This document shows positions 18,867-28,178 of a stretch of DNA of 50,381 bases, piece after piece (position 1 is the first letter of the stretch; every line of letters begins with the position of its first letter). The notes under the pieces are model-generated. The model saw only the letters and a program-made list of their open reading frames with translations. It was not told the DNA's origin and did no database searches. Both the position numbers and the translations under genes were made by a program. Where the stretch lies: the sequence record SRR20825006_252; one strand, 5' to 3'.

Positions 18867-20000
18867 TTATCGGGAAGGATCGCCATCGGGATGATCCCAT
18901 TCAATGGGCAAATCAAAGGCCACGGACCAATTGAAAAGCGGCGAGTCGTCAAGCGCGCACTGTTCCGTATCCGAGTCCCGGAGGCATCCGCGTGCCCCTT
19001 CGAGCCGCCCGGATCGTCCAGACGTGCCGTTGTAAAGCGCGTAGCTGACACGCGCGGAGCGCGCCGGGGGACGGTCGAGCACAAGGCGGATGCGGCTTGG
19101 ACCCGCCGGTTCAACCGCGATGATGTGGCTCTGTGGGTCATGCAGCGAAAACCCATACTGGCCGGGGTCGCGCACATGCTCGGTATCAAAACACAGCGGT
19201 TCCACGGGCACGTCAAAGTCGATCAAAACGGTGTTGTCGCTATGGGTCAGTCGGCGCGGTTGAAGCGGGTGCCAGTCTTTGCCCTCCTGCGCCAACCGCC
19301 GATAGGCCTTGGCAAAAAGGGCGCCATGCCGCCGGGTGGAGGCAGCATCAATATGAGCCCAATCTATGTAGTCATACTGGTATTTTGGCCCCACCAGAAC
19401 AAGTTGAGGATGGGTCAGCGCGGCCTGAAATTGCATCTGCGGCGTGCGAAAATGGCGCCGATCCCCGCTGCAATAGCCGGAAATGCTTGAGGTTTGACAC
19501 AGCAGCATCGGCATCGGCTCTGTTGTGTCAAAGATGTCTGAGAGCGCAGAGGCAAAATCCTGATGCCATTGCGCAAGGATGCGGTCGTATTCCGCGGTGC
19601 CTTGCGCCCCGTCGGTTTCCCCATGCAGCACCAAAATCGCGCCAAACTGGACCTCCGGCACATGGGTCTTGGCCATTTGGGCTTGGGCGATCACCTGTTC
19701 AAAAACGTGGCTTGGCCCGCCTTTTCGCAGCACTGCATAGGGCTGACCGGCCCAACCTTGCCCGGCCAAAATGAGCGGGTCAGAAGAGGTCTTTAAGAGC
19801 TGTGCCGCAAAGCCGCTGGCGATGGTTTCCGTGCCGGTTTCGCGCAGAGGACCAAGCCGCGCTGTCAGTGGCTGGCCATTTCCTCCGACTGGGCCGCCGT
19901 CAAAACACAGGGCATGATCCCGCGCCACGGGATCAACCGTCATTGCCGGGGCGCGTCCCGTCGCAAGACTTTGTCCGGTGATCAAAAATAAATGCGTCAC
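18867..20000 (-). CDS. SGNH-type carbohydrate O-acetylesterase (SASA/CE6-like)
   Basis: N-terminal LITGQSL (catalytic Ser), VLHGETD, DWAH (DxxH). GTG start at 20000 inferred, just after the LysR stop. Confidence 0.65.
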   Translation of the reverse strand: MTHLFLITGQSLATGRAPAMTVDPVARDHALCFDGGPVGGNGQPLTARLGPLRETGTETIASGFAAQLLKTSSDPLILAGQGWAGQPYAVLRKGGPSHVFEQVIAQAQMAKTHVPEVQFGAILVLHGETDGAQGTAEYDRILAQWHQDFASALSDIFDTTEPMPMLLCQTSSISGYCSGDRRHFRTPQMQFQAALTHPQLVLVGPKYQYDYIDWAHIDAASTRRHGALFAKAYRRLAQEGKDWHPLQPRRLTHSDNTVLIDFDVPVEPLCFDTEHVRDPGQYGFSLHDPQSHIIAVEPAGPSRIRLVLDRPPARSARVSYALYNGTSGRSGRLEGARGCLRDSDTEQCALDDSPLFNWSVAFDLPIEWDHPDGDPSR

Positions 20001-20007
20001 TTGGATC

Positions 20008-21021
20008 TCATGGCAGAGGGCGGTTTGATTTTGTCGCCCGCGCCGCGGGGCTGGCGGCACTGAGCAAGGCGGGTTTGGGACAGGCGGCTTCTCTCAAAAA
20101 GGCTTTCTCAAGCACTTTGGCCTGTACTCCGAGATACTGCACAAAGGCTTTCAACAGCGGTGTTTGATAGGTGCGGGACGGATAGACCGCGTAAATTTTA
20201 CGCTCCGGGGATCGCCAGTCCGGCAGGACATTGACGATGTGACCGGCGTCAAGTTCGGCCCGCGCGCTCCAGATCGAGGAATAGGCAAGGCCTGCATCGG
20301 CCATCGCGGCGGCTGTTGTGGCATCCCCTGAGCGGGTGGAAATGCGCCATTTCACCGGGATGGTGACGGTGTCTTGCCCGTTTGATAGCCGCCAGTCTGT
20401 GATCGGGGGGCTGCCAAAAACCACGCATTCATGGGCGGAAATATCCTTTGGGTGCGCAATCGCAGGGGCGTTGCGCAGATACCCGGGAGAGGCGCACACA
20501 ATCCGATAATCCGTCGCGATCGCCACTGCGATCAGAGAAGAGTTCGGCAAAACCGCCTGACGGATTGCGAGGTCCACACCGGAATCAATCAGGCTGACGA
20601 TGCCATCGTCATCGAGCAAATGAATGGACACATTGGGGTGTAACGCCTGAAAACCAAAAACGATTTTGGCCAGAAACAGTCGGGCAAAAGAGGTGGACGA
20701 CGTGATCGTGAGAGTCCCGGAAATCTCGTCTTTGCGCGATTGAATGCTGTTTTCAGCCCTCTGTATTCCTTCAAGAATGACCCGGCACTGTTCATAAAAA
20801 TCCTGTCCGCTCTCTGTCACCGACAGGCTCCGGGTTGAGCGCGTGATCAGGCGTACCCCCAATAAATCTTCAAGTTTTGACAGCCGTTTGGAGACTAGGG
20901 CGAGAGAGAGGTTGAGGTCCCGTGCCGCCTGCGACAGCGACCCTGCCTCGACAATCGTTGTAAAGATGGTGAGATCCTGGATGCTGTTGATATGCGTTGA
21001 ATAGGGGGTCTGTGCTCGCAT
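20008..21021 (-). CDS. LysR-family regulator (CrgA/DmlR-like)
   Basis: GSLSQAARDL...VSKRLSKLEDLLGVRLITRSTRSLSVTESG, GVDLAIR; RBS AGGAG before ATG 21021. Confidence 0.92.
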   Translation of the reverse strand: MRAQTPYSTHINSIQDLTIFTTIVEAGSLSQAARDLNLSLALVSKRLSKLEDLLGVRLITRSTRSLSVTESGQDFYEQCRVILEGIQRAENSIQSRKDEISGTLTITSSTSFARLFLAKIVFGFQALHPNVSIHLLDDDGIVSLIDSGVDLAIRQAVLPNSSLIAVAIATDYRIVCASPGYLRNAPAIAHPKDISAHECVVFGSPPITDWRLSNGQDTVTIPVKWRISTRSGDATTAAAMADAGLAYSSIWSARAELDAGHIVNVLPDWRSPERKIYAVYPSRTYQTPLLKAFVQYLGVQAKVLEKAFLREAACPKPALLSAASPAARATKSNRPLP

Positions 21022-21258
21022 CTCGACGTCTCCTAATAAACTGACTTTACACAAGTTTTACAAAATGAGGCGCGCAGTGCGACCTGTGGGAGATGGCTAT
21101 ACTCAATAAGACCAGAGTACCAAATTGCTCAGTTCTGCAAAGACCCTATCCATTATTTGATGTGCCCCTGACGTAAACGCGCGCGGTTCAGGGCAGGAAT
21201 GCCTTGTGAATGGGCAGGTTTTCGATTGAGCGCTGATGCGTGCAGATCAGCCCCTCCC

Positions 21259-21285
21259 GCATTATTGCTGAATCGTCAAGAATGC
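21259..21285. promoter_or_regulatory. LysR-type operator (dyad containing T-N11-A)
   Basis: GCATTATTG-N9-CAAGAATGC inverted repeat (one mismatch) between the divergent LysR and MFS genes. Confidence 0.55.
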
Positions 21286-21418
21286 CTCGCCAAATGAGTG
21301 GCTACTGACCAATCCCTCCACAGAGATACTGAAGTCACCCGGAGGCCGCGCCCCTGATCGGTGCGGCCGGATCACTCTGCGCCTTGGCGCAGATTTCTGT
21401 CATTCGAAAGGGATCGAA

Positions 21419-22906
21419 ATGCCCACAGATGCCAACCCTGAACTGAATGCCGCAAAACTGGCGGCCCCTGATACCAAAATGACATCAAAGCTTTGGCGTA
21501 CGCTTGTCATTCTTTTGTTAGCCCAATTTATGATGGCCGTCGATTTTTCCATTCTCAACGTGGCCTTGCCCGAAGTCGGCGCCGCACTTGGGTTTTCTTT
21601 GGGCGGGATGCAGTGGATTGTCACATCCTTTGCGCTCACAGCCGCTGGGTTTACCCTGTTTTTCGGGCGGCTTGGCGATTACCTCGGCCGGCGAAATCTC
21701 TTTATTGGCGGGATGGTCCTTCTTGGCATCTCTTCGCTTGTGGGGGGTATGGCCGAAAGCCAAACCGTGTTGTTGTCGGCGCGTGTCATGCAAGGCCTGT
21801 CCACCGCCATGGTGACGCCCACCGCCCTCTCTTTGATGACCACCTCTTTCCCCGAAGGACCACTGCGGGATCGCGCGCTGGGGATGAATGGGGCGATCAT
21901 GTCCGCCGGGTTTACCACCGGGGCTGTTCTCAGTGGGGTGTTGTTGGACCTTTTGAGCTGGCGTTGGTTGTTCTTTGTCAACGTGCCCATCGCCGCCATT
22001 GTCGTGGTGTTTGCACCGATGTTGATCAAGGAACCCGCGCGCGATCCCAGTGCCCGCAAGATGACGCTGGATATGCCCGGTGCGATCACTGTGACCGCCG
22101 CCGTTTTGTCGCTGGTCTACGGGATCACGGCGCTCGGCAACCACGGTTTGGAGGCCTTCCTTGGCATCGAATCCATGGTTTTGAGCGTGGTTCTGTTCGG
22201 TGTCTTTATTGTTATTGAGAAACGCTCGGCGGAGCCGCTTGTGCCGCTCAACATTCTCAAACGTCGCTCGGTTGCCTTGGGCAATATCACCGGCCTGTTG
22301 GCGTTCGCGACGGAAACATCGCTTGTGTTCCTCATGACGCTTTATCTGCAAGAGGTCTTGCAACAGTCGGGAACGGTGACCGGCCTGGCCTTTGGTATTC
22401 TCGGGGCAGGGACCGTTTTGGGCGGGGTGATGGCCTCGCGGGTGATCTCTCTGATTGGTCATCGTGGCACACTTCTTGCGGGCTTCGCGCTTCAGGGCGT
22501 GGCCACTGCGGCGCTGATCCTCTTGACCACAAACCCCGGTTCGATTCCGCTGATGCTGATCGCCACCTTCCTTGGCGGGATCGGCAACATGTTGGCGATC
22601 GTTGGCTTTATGACCGCCGCCACCTCGGGTTTGCCGAACAAACAACAGGGGCTGGCCACGGGGCTTGCCATCCTGACCCAGCAATTCGGGATCACCATCG
22701 GCATTCCGATCATGAGCGCGATCGTGTCGGCGCGCATCCTGTCTCAGCCCGATCTCGCGGACTTGAGTGCGCCCGAGCGCATATTGGGAGGTGTGCTTTT
22801 TGCCATCGCGATCAACGTTGCGCTGGTTGTGCTGGGCTTTCTCGTGGCGCTGCTGCTTCGGCCAGATCGAGCCCCAGACGGCGCTGAGACCGTCACACAA
22901 AACTGA
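21419..22906 (+). CDS. 14-TMS MFS exporter (DHA2/EmrB-QacA-like)
   Basis: DFSILNVALP, GRLGDYLGRR (motif A), WRWLFFVNVP, EKRSAEPLVP. Confidence 0.9.
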   Translation: MPTDANPELNAAKLAAPDTKMTSKLWRTLVILLLAQFMMAVDFSILNVALPEVGAALGFSLGGMQWIVTSFALTAAGFTLFFGRLGDYLGRRNLFIGGMVLLGISSLVGGMAESQTVLLSARVMQGLSTAMVTPTALSLMTTSFPEGPLRDRALGMNGAIMSAGFTTGAVLSGVLLDLLSWRWLFFVNVPIAAIVVVFAPMLIKEPARDPSARKMTLDMPGAITVTAAVLSLVYGITALGNHGLEAFLGIESMVLSVVLFGVFIVIEKRSAEPLVPLNILKRRSVALGNITGLLAFATETSLVFLMTLYLQEVLQQSGTVTGLAFGILGAGTVLGGVMASRVISLIGHRGTLLAGFALQGVATAALILLTTNPGSIPLMLIATFLGGIGNMLAIVGFMTAATSGLPNKQQGLATGLAILTQQFGITIGIPIMSAIVSARILSQPDLADLSAPERILGGVLFAIAINVALVVLGFLVALLLRPDRAPDGAETVTQN

Positions 22907-22913
22907 CGCCTCC

Positions 22914-22949
22914 GCGGGCGGGTCCGAAAGGTCCCGCCCGCTTCCTTTT
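22914..22949 (+). terminator. GNRA-loop hairpin with U-rich tail between the MFS and acyltransferase genes
   Basis: GCGGGCGGGTCC-GAAA-GGTCCCGCCCGC followed by TTCCTTTT. Confidence 0.55.
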
Positions 22950-22971
22950 ATCCCACAAACAGGAGTTTACC

Positions 22972-24183
22972 ATGACACAAACCACCCCCACATCAGGACC
23001 GTTCCAAAGGTCGAAAGCCGCCAGGCCGGCGATGTCTTCCACAACCGATGGTGATCGCTTGCCACGGCTTCCCTCCTTGACCGGACTGCGCTTTTTCGCG
23101 GCTTTCGCGGTCTTTCTATTTCATGTCAGCCTTTTTACCTCGCCCTTGCCGCCCTATCAGCCGACGAACCCGTTTGGCGCGACGCCCGTGGGCGACACCA
23201 TTGAGCAGCTCTTTCGCCAACTCGGCTATGTCGGTGTGAGTTTCTTTTTCATTCTGTCCGGCTTTGTGATCACTTGGGCCACGCCCCAATGTTTTTCGAT
23301 CCGTGGCTTTATGTGGCGGCGTATGCTCAAAATCTATCCACCACATGTCGTGGTCTGGGCGATCTCGCTTGTGCTCTTCGCCGGTGTCTATACCTCGCCG
23401 CAAACCGCCATTCTCAACCTGACGCTGTTCAGCACGTTCAGCACGGACCCAACCGTCTACGTCAGTGTCAATCCGCCGTCGTGGTCCCTTTCAAGCGATA
23501 TGGTGTTTTACCTGCTGTTTCCGGTGCTCATGCCACTGGTCCGCCTGATCCCGGAACCGCGCCTTGGGCAAAGCCTGCTTGCGTTGCTTTTGGGCATGTT
23601 GGCGGTGATCCTCATCACCACTTATCTCGTCCCAAGCGAACCCAAGTCGCCGATTTCACCGATCTCCGGCACGCAGTTTTGGTTCAACTATATCTTCCCA
23701 CTGCCACGCATGTTTGAGTTTGTAATCGGCATGGTGGCGGCACGGATGTTGGTGCTGGGACGGTGGCCCCGGATCGACCTGTTGTCCTCTTGCGTGATGT
23801 TGATCGCCTCCATTGCGATCGCCAAGCATCTGCCGTTTCTCTACACCTTTGGCATTTGTTATATCTTGCCGCTGACCGCCCTGATCACCGAATGCGCGGC
23901 GCGGGATCGCGAGGGGCGCTCTCCGGTCTTTTTGACCAACAGGCTGACCCTCTGGCTTGGTCAAGTCTCCTTTGGTTTCTACCTCTGTCAGGGTGTCAGT
24001 ATCTTTTGGTTGAGCAAACAGCTTGGCCTACAGGACCTCTCTGTTGTCGGCGGCTTGACTGCCATTGCGCTGTATTTTTCGGCGTCGCTTTTGGGGGGCT
24101 GGCTCTTGTTCCGCTTTGTCGAAGAACCGTCGATGAAACTGGCGCGTTGGATTTTGTCGCGCCGCAAATTGCGCACGGCATAG
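22972..24183 (+). CDS. Acyltransferase family 3 (membrane O-acyltransferase)
   Basis: LPSLTGLRFFAAFAVFLFH, GVSFFFILSGFV, RRMLKIYP, WSLS, LGQVSFGFYL, RFVEEP. Confidence 0.9.
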   Translation: MTQTTPTSGPFQRSKAARPAMSSTTDGDRLPRLPSLTGLRFFAAFAVFLFHVSLFTSPLPPYQPTNPFGATPVGDTIEQLFRQLGYVGVSFFFILSGFVITWATPQCFSIRGFMWRRMLKIYPPHVVVWAISLVLFAGVYTSPQTAILNLTLFSTFSTDPTVYVSVNPPSWSLSSDMVFYLLFPVLMPLVRLIPEPRLGQSLLALLLGMLAVILITTYLVPSEPKSPISPISGTQFWFNYIFPLPRMFEFVIGMVAARMLVLGRWPRIDLLSSCVMLIASIAIAKHLPFLYTFGICYILPLTALITECAARDREGRSPVFLTNRLTLWLGQVSFGFYLCQGVSIFWLSKQLGLQDLSVVGGLTAIALYFSASLLGGWLLFRFVEEPSMKLARWILSRRKLRTA

Positions 24184-24246
24184 CGCATAGATGCGGTGGA
24201 CCGGGCTCGCGCCCACAAAGGGAATGGGCAACCAAACGGTTGCCCG

Positions 24247-25176
24247 TTACGCGTCATCGCGGCGCGGGGACGGTTGATCGACGCGCCCATAGCGCGCCAG
24301 ATAGTCGAGCAAAACCCGTATCCGCGCCGGAAGCGCGCTGCCGATGCCAAGCCGGACCGCATGAAAGGGCTCCACATCGCCCGGATTGTAACTTGGCAGA
24401 ACCTCGACCAATCGGCCGGCTTTCAGGTCATCCTCGATGGTGAACCGTGCCAGCCGGGCAAGGCCGAGACCGCTCAAGGCCATGTGCCGCACCCCTTCGC
24501 CATCGCTGGCCTGAAGGCGCGGATCGGCGTTCAGGTCCATCACCTCGCCATTGAGCGCAAAAGGCCAGGGTTTGTTTTTGCGCCGATAGGCAAATCCGAT
24601 CAGGGTGCATCCCGCCAAATCCTCCAGACATTGCGGCATCCCGACGCGATTCAGATACGTGGGGGCGGCGACGACCAGCCGCTGTGAGGCCCCCAACGAG
24701 CGCGCGACAAGAGCCGAAGAGGGCATTTCTCCGGCGCGAATGGCAAGGTCGGCCTGAGCCTCGATCAAATCAACGACATGATCGGTCTGACTGACCGTGA
24801 TGGAGAGTTGCGGGTATTTGGCGATCAAATCCGGGAGGATCGGATACAGCCGATGTTGGGCATATGAGGCCGATGTGGTGATGTGCACCGGTCCGGCCGG
24901 GGTCCGTCCCGCTCCGGCTTCGCGCTCTGCGGTGTGAAGGGCGGCCAGAATTTCGAGTACCCGTAAATGCAAATCCCGGCCTTCACTGGTGAGGGTCAGT
25001 GCACGGGTTGAGCGCAGGACGAGCACGGCCCCGACGCGTTCTTCCAGCCGGGCAATGGTTTTTGAGATCGCAGACGGCGTCAATCCAGACGCGCGCGCCG
25101 CCGCCGAAAAACTGCCTTCCGCGACAACCAGTGCGAAAATTTCTAGGGCCCTAAGCCGTCCGGGATCGCCAAGCAT
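24247..25176 (-). CDS. LysR-family regulator
   Basis: GSFSAAARASGLTPSAISKTIARLEERVG...RSTR; divergent from the MFS gene, with a T-N11-A-type dyad at 25175-25196. Confidence 0.92.
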   Translation of the reverse strand: MLGDPGRLRALEIFALVVAEGSFSAAARASGLTPSAISKTIARLEERVGAVLVLRSTRALTLTSEGRDLHLRVLEILAALHTAEREAGAGRTPAGPVHITTSASYAQHRLYPILPDLIAKYPQLSITVSQTDHVVDLIEAQADLAIRAGEMPSSALVARSLGASQRLVVAAPTYLNRVGMPQCLEDLAGCTLIGFAYRRKNKPWPFALNGEVMDLNADPRLQASDGEGVRHMALSGLGLARLARFTIEDDLKAGRLVEVLPSYNPGDVEPFHAVRLGIGSALPARIRVLLDYLARYGRVDQPSPRRDDA

Positions 25177-25275
25177 TGTGCCTACAATTCATAAATCCTG
25201 TTCCTTCGAGAGGTATACTCTAAAATCGGCGGCCATGACAGGGTGTGTGACATCTTCGTTCCATGGAGGACCAAA

Positions 25276-26433
25276 ATGCCACCTGCTCTCATCGCTCTCG
25301 CCCTTGGCGCCTTCGGCATCGGCGTTACTGAATTTGTCATTATGGGGTTGCTCGTCGAGGTTGCGGACAGTCTCTCGATCACCATCGCCACCGCCGGCAC
25401 GTTGATTTCTGGCTATGCGCTTGGGGTTGTGTTCGGCGCGCCAATTCTGACGATCCTGACCGCGCGTTGGCCACATCGTCAGGTTCTTTTGCTTTTGATG
25501 GCGATTTTCATTCTCGGCAATCTCGCCTGTGCTTTGGCCCCAACCTATCAAACGCTTTTGGCGGCGCGGATTGTCACCGCTTTGACCCATGGCACATTCT
25601 TTGGCGTCGGCTCGGTGGTCGCGCAAAGCCTTGTGTCGCGAGAGCGCCAGGCCTCCGCCATTTCCATTGTCTTCACCGGGCTCACCTTGGCCAATGTTTT
25701 GGGCGTGCCGTTTGGCACATGGCTTGGGCAACACACCGATTGGCGCATGACCTTTTATGCGGTCGCCGCCATTGGCGTTGTCGCCGCTGTGGTCATGGCG
25801 GTGCTGTTGCCGCGCAGCCATGCGCCAACAGAAATCAGCGATTGGCGCGAAGATTTGACCGTGTTGCGCCGGGGTGGCGTGTTGCGGGGATTGGCGATGA
25901 CCGTGTTGGGCTACGCGGGCGTGTTTACGGTCTTCACCTATATCGCCCCGCTTTTGACCCGGACGGCGGGCCTGCCTGAGGCGGCCGTGTCGCCAATCCT
26001 TTTGGGCTTTGGCTGTGGTTTGGTGTTTGGCAATGTTCTTGGTGGACGCTTTGCCGACCGGGCGCTTGGGCCAACCGTTTTGGGCAGTTTGGGCGTTTTG
26101 GCGCTGGTGCTGTTTGGCTTTGGATTTGCGGCGCAGGGGCAGGTGAGTGCCATTGTGTTGACCATTGCACTTGGGGCTGCTGGCTTTGCCACCGTCGCTC
26201 CGTTGCAAGCCTGGGTCATGGCGCAGGCCACCGGCGCGGGCCAAGCCCTTGTGGCCTCCTTCAACATCGCCGCCTTCAATCTGGGCAACGCGCTTGGCGC
26301 ATGGGTCGGGGGGTCTCTTTTGGCGGCTGGGTTTTCTTATGAGGACCTGCCGTTTGCTGCGGTTGTGTTTCCCTTGGCCGCGCTTTTGCTCGGGGCCATC
26401 TCGCTGAGGCGCGATGCCCGCGTTCCTGCCTAA
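25276..26433 (+). CDS. 12-TMS MFS transporter (DHA1, YdhP/YtbD-like)
   Basis: ALGAFGIGVTEFVIMGLL, HGTFFG, GLTLANVLGVPFG, NIAAFNLGNALGAW; RBS GGAGG before ATG 25276. Confidence 0.9.
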   Translation: MPPALIALALGAFGIGVTEFVIMGLLVEVADSLSITIATAGTLISGYALGVVFGAPILTILTARWPHRQVLLLLMAIFILGNLACALAPTYQTLLAARIVTALTHGTFFGVGSVVAQSLVSRERQASAISIVFTGLTLANVLGVPFGTWLGQHTDWRMTFYAVAAIGVVAAVVMAVLLPRSHAPTEISDWREDLTVLRRGGVLRGLAMTVLGYAGVFTVFTYIAPLLTRTAGLPEAAVSPILLGFGCGLVFGNVLGGRFADRALGPTVLGSLGVLALVLFGFGFAAQGQVSAIVLTIALGAAGFATVAPLQAWVMAQATGAGQALVASFNIAAFNLGNALGAWVGGSLLAAGFSYEDLPFAAVVFPLAALLLGAISLRRDARVPA

Positions 26434-26459
26434 CATCTTATCTTCAAAGGACTATCATC

Positions 26460-27500
26460 ATGGACTATCGTCAATTGGGCCAATCCGGTCTGCGCGTCCC
26501 CGTTCTGAGTTTCGGCGCGGGCACCTTTGGCGGGACCGGCCCGCTCTTTTCCAACTGGGGACAAACCGAGGTGGATGAGGCGCGCGCGTTGATCGACCTG
26601 TGCCTCGACGCGGGGGTGACCCTGTTTGACACGGCGGATGTGTATTCCGCCGGGCGGTCGGAAAGCATTCTGGGTGCGGCTCTTGAGGGACGGCGTGACG
26701 CGGTTTTGATCTCGACCAAGACAGGCTTGCCGATGGGCGACGGGCCGGACGAATGGGGCGTGTCGCGTGGGCGTCTTGTGCGATCGGTGGAGGCGGCATT
26801 GACGAGATTGCGCACCGATCGCATCGATATTTTGCAACTCCACGCCTATGATAGCCACACCCCGCCGGAGGAGATTTTGAACACCATCGACATGTTGATG
26901 CGGTCCGGCAAAGTGATCCATTGGGGGGTTTCAAACTATCCGGGATGGGCGCTTATGCAGCTTTTGGAGCGGGCCGATCAGATGAACGTGCCGCGCCCTG
27001 TGGTGCATCAGGTCTATTACTCTTTGGTGGGACGGGATTACGAATGGGACCTCATGCCGCTTGGCGCGCATGAGGGGGTGGGGGCGATGATTTGGAGCCC
27101 GCTTGGATGGGGTCGTTTGACCGGAAAATTGCACCGTGGAGGTACGGTGCCCGCCGTCAGCCGATTGCACGAAACCGCCTCCATGGGCCCGCCGGTCGAT
27201 GACGCATTGCTCTATGATGTGTTGGATGTGCTCTTTGAGATCGCGGCGGAAACCGGGCGTAGCGTGCCACAGGTGGCGATCAATTGGCTCACCCAGCAAC
27301 CCACGGTTTCGAATGTGATCATCGGCGCGCGCAACCGGGCGCAGCTTGTGGACAATCTTGGCGCCGTGGGCTGGTCACTCGATGCCGAACAATCTGCCCG
27401 TTTGACCCGTGTTTCGGAACGCGATGCGGCCTATCCGGCGGCGCAGTATCGTCGCCAAGAAGGCTTTGCCCGCCTGTCTGCCCCGCTTGTGAAGGCTTGA
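26460..27500 (+). CDS. Aldo/keto reductase (Tas/aryl-alcohol dehydrogenase-like)
   Basis: YRQLGQSGLRV, FDTADVYS, ISTK, LRTDRIDILQLH, GVSN, WSPLG. Confidence 0.92.
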   Translation: MDYRQLGQSGLRVPVLSFGAGTFGGTGPLFSNWGQTEVDEARALIDLCLDAGVTLFDTADVYSAGRSESILGAALEGRRDAVLISTKTGLPMGDGPDEWGVSRGRLVRSVEAALTRLRTDRIDILQLHAYDSHTPPEEILNTIDMLMRSGKVIHWGVSNYPGWALMQLLERADQMNVPRPVVHQVYYSLVGRDYEWDLMPLGAHEGVGAMIWSPLGWGRLTGKLHRGGTVPAVSRLHETASMGPPVDDALLYDVLDVLFEIAAETGRSVPQVAINWLTQQPTVSNVIIGARNRAQLVDNLGAVGWSLDAEQSARLTRVSERDAAYPAAQYRRQEGFARLSAPLVKA

Positions 27501-27525
27501 GCCAGAGCAACACCTGAGAGAAAGC

Positions 27526-27553
27526 TGGGGGCGGAGGTCGCCCCCATGATTTT
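27526..27553 (+). terminator. Terminator-like hairpin after the AKR gene
   Basis: TGGGGGCG-GAGGT-CGCCCCCA followed by TGATTTT. Confidence 0.45.
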
Positions 27554-27586
27554 GACAGCACCGCGAGAGGCGGCAAGGATATTTCA

Positions 27587-28006
27587 ATGATTGAACTTGA
27601 CCATGTGACACTTCGGACCGCGCATTTGGCGGCAACGCGCCAGTTCTTTATCGACCTTTTTGATCTGGAGGAGGGGGAGCGGCCCCTTGAGATCCAACAA
27701 ATTCCGGGGCATTGGTTGTATTCCGGCGATGCGCCTGTGGTGCATCTCATCGGCAGCTATGGCCGTGGCACCCCCATTGATGGCGAGATCATTGATCACA
27801 TTGCCTTTCGCAGACGGGGCTATCACGATTTCATCGCGCGGCTCAAAGCGCGCCGTTTGCCTTATTCTTGTATGTCACTGAAAGGCTTGGCCGAGCATCG
27901 CGTGTTCTTGCGTGCCCCCGGTGGGCAATTGATCGAAACGGTGTTTCGCGGCGAAGACGCGCGCCGGGCCTTTGATGACCTTGGGTTAGAGCCGACCTAC
28001 GGATGA
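27587..28006 (+). CDS. VOC/glyoxalase-family protein
   Basis: LDHVTLR, GHWLY, VHLI, IDHIAF, FLRAPGGQLIE: His/His/His/Glu VOC metal-ligand pattern. Confidence 0.85.
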   Translation: MIELDHVTLRTAHLAATRQFFIDLFDLEEGERPLEIQQIPGHWLYSGDAPVVHLIGSYGRGTPIDGEIIDHIAFRRRGYHDFIARLKARRLPYSCMSLKGLAEHRVFLRAPGGQLIETVFRGEDARRAFDDLGLEPTYG

Positions 28007-28178
28007 CCGGCGGCCCCGTCCAAGGGGGCTTCGCATGTGCAGCAATCACGTTTTGGAAAGGATGTCTCAACACGGGGACGACTACTCGAGGTTCGGGAAT
28101 CGACGTTTCATGAGGGCAGGGCGGTACCGCAAAGCCCGACAGGAATTTTACGTCATCCCAATCTCGAAGGAGTGTTTC

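Noticed and set aside
21188-21262. 24-codon minus-strand ORF starting inside the LysR dyad (MREGLICTHQ...)
   Set aside because: No RBS or recognisable homology; likely chance.
21518-22900. 460-aa antisense ORF (also 25189-26436, 28650-29861, 32036-33085, 42542-43543, 44021-45013)
   Set aside because: Each lies fully opposite a well-supported gene and has shadow-ORF composition.
24184-28178. LysR-MFS-AKR-VOC block as a mobile element
   Set aside because: No transposase, integrase, terminal inverted repeats or target-site duplication could be seen.
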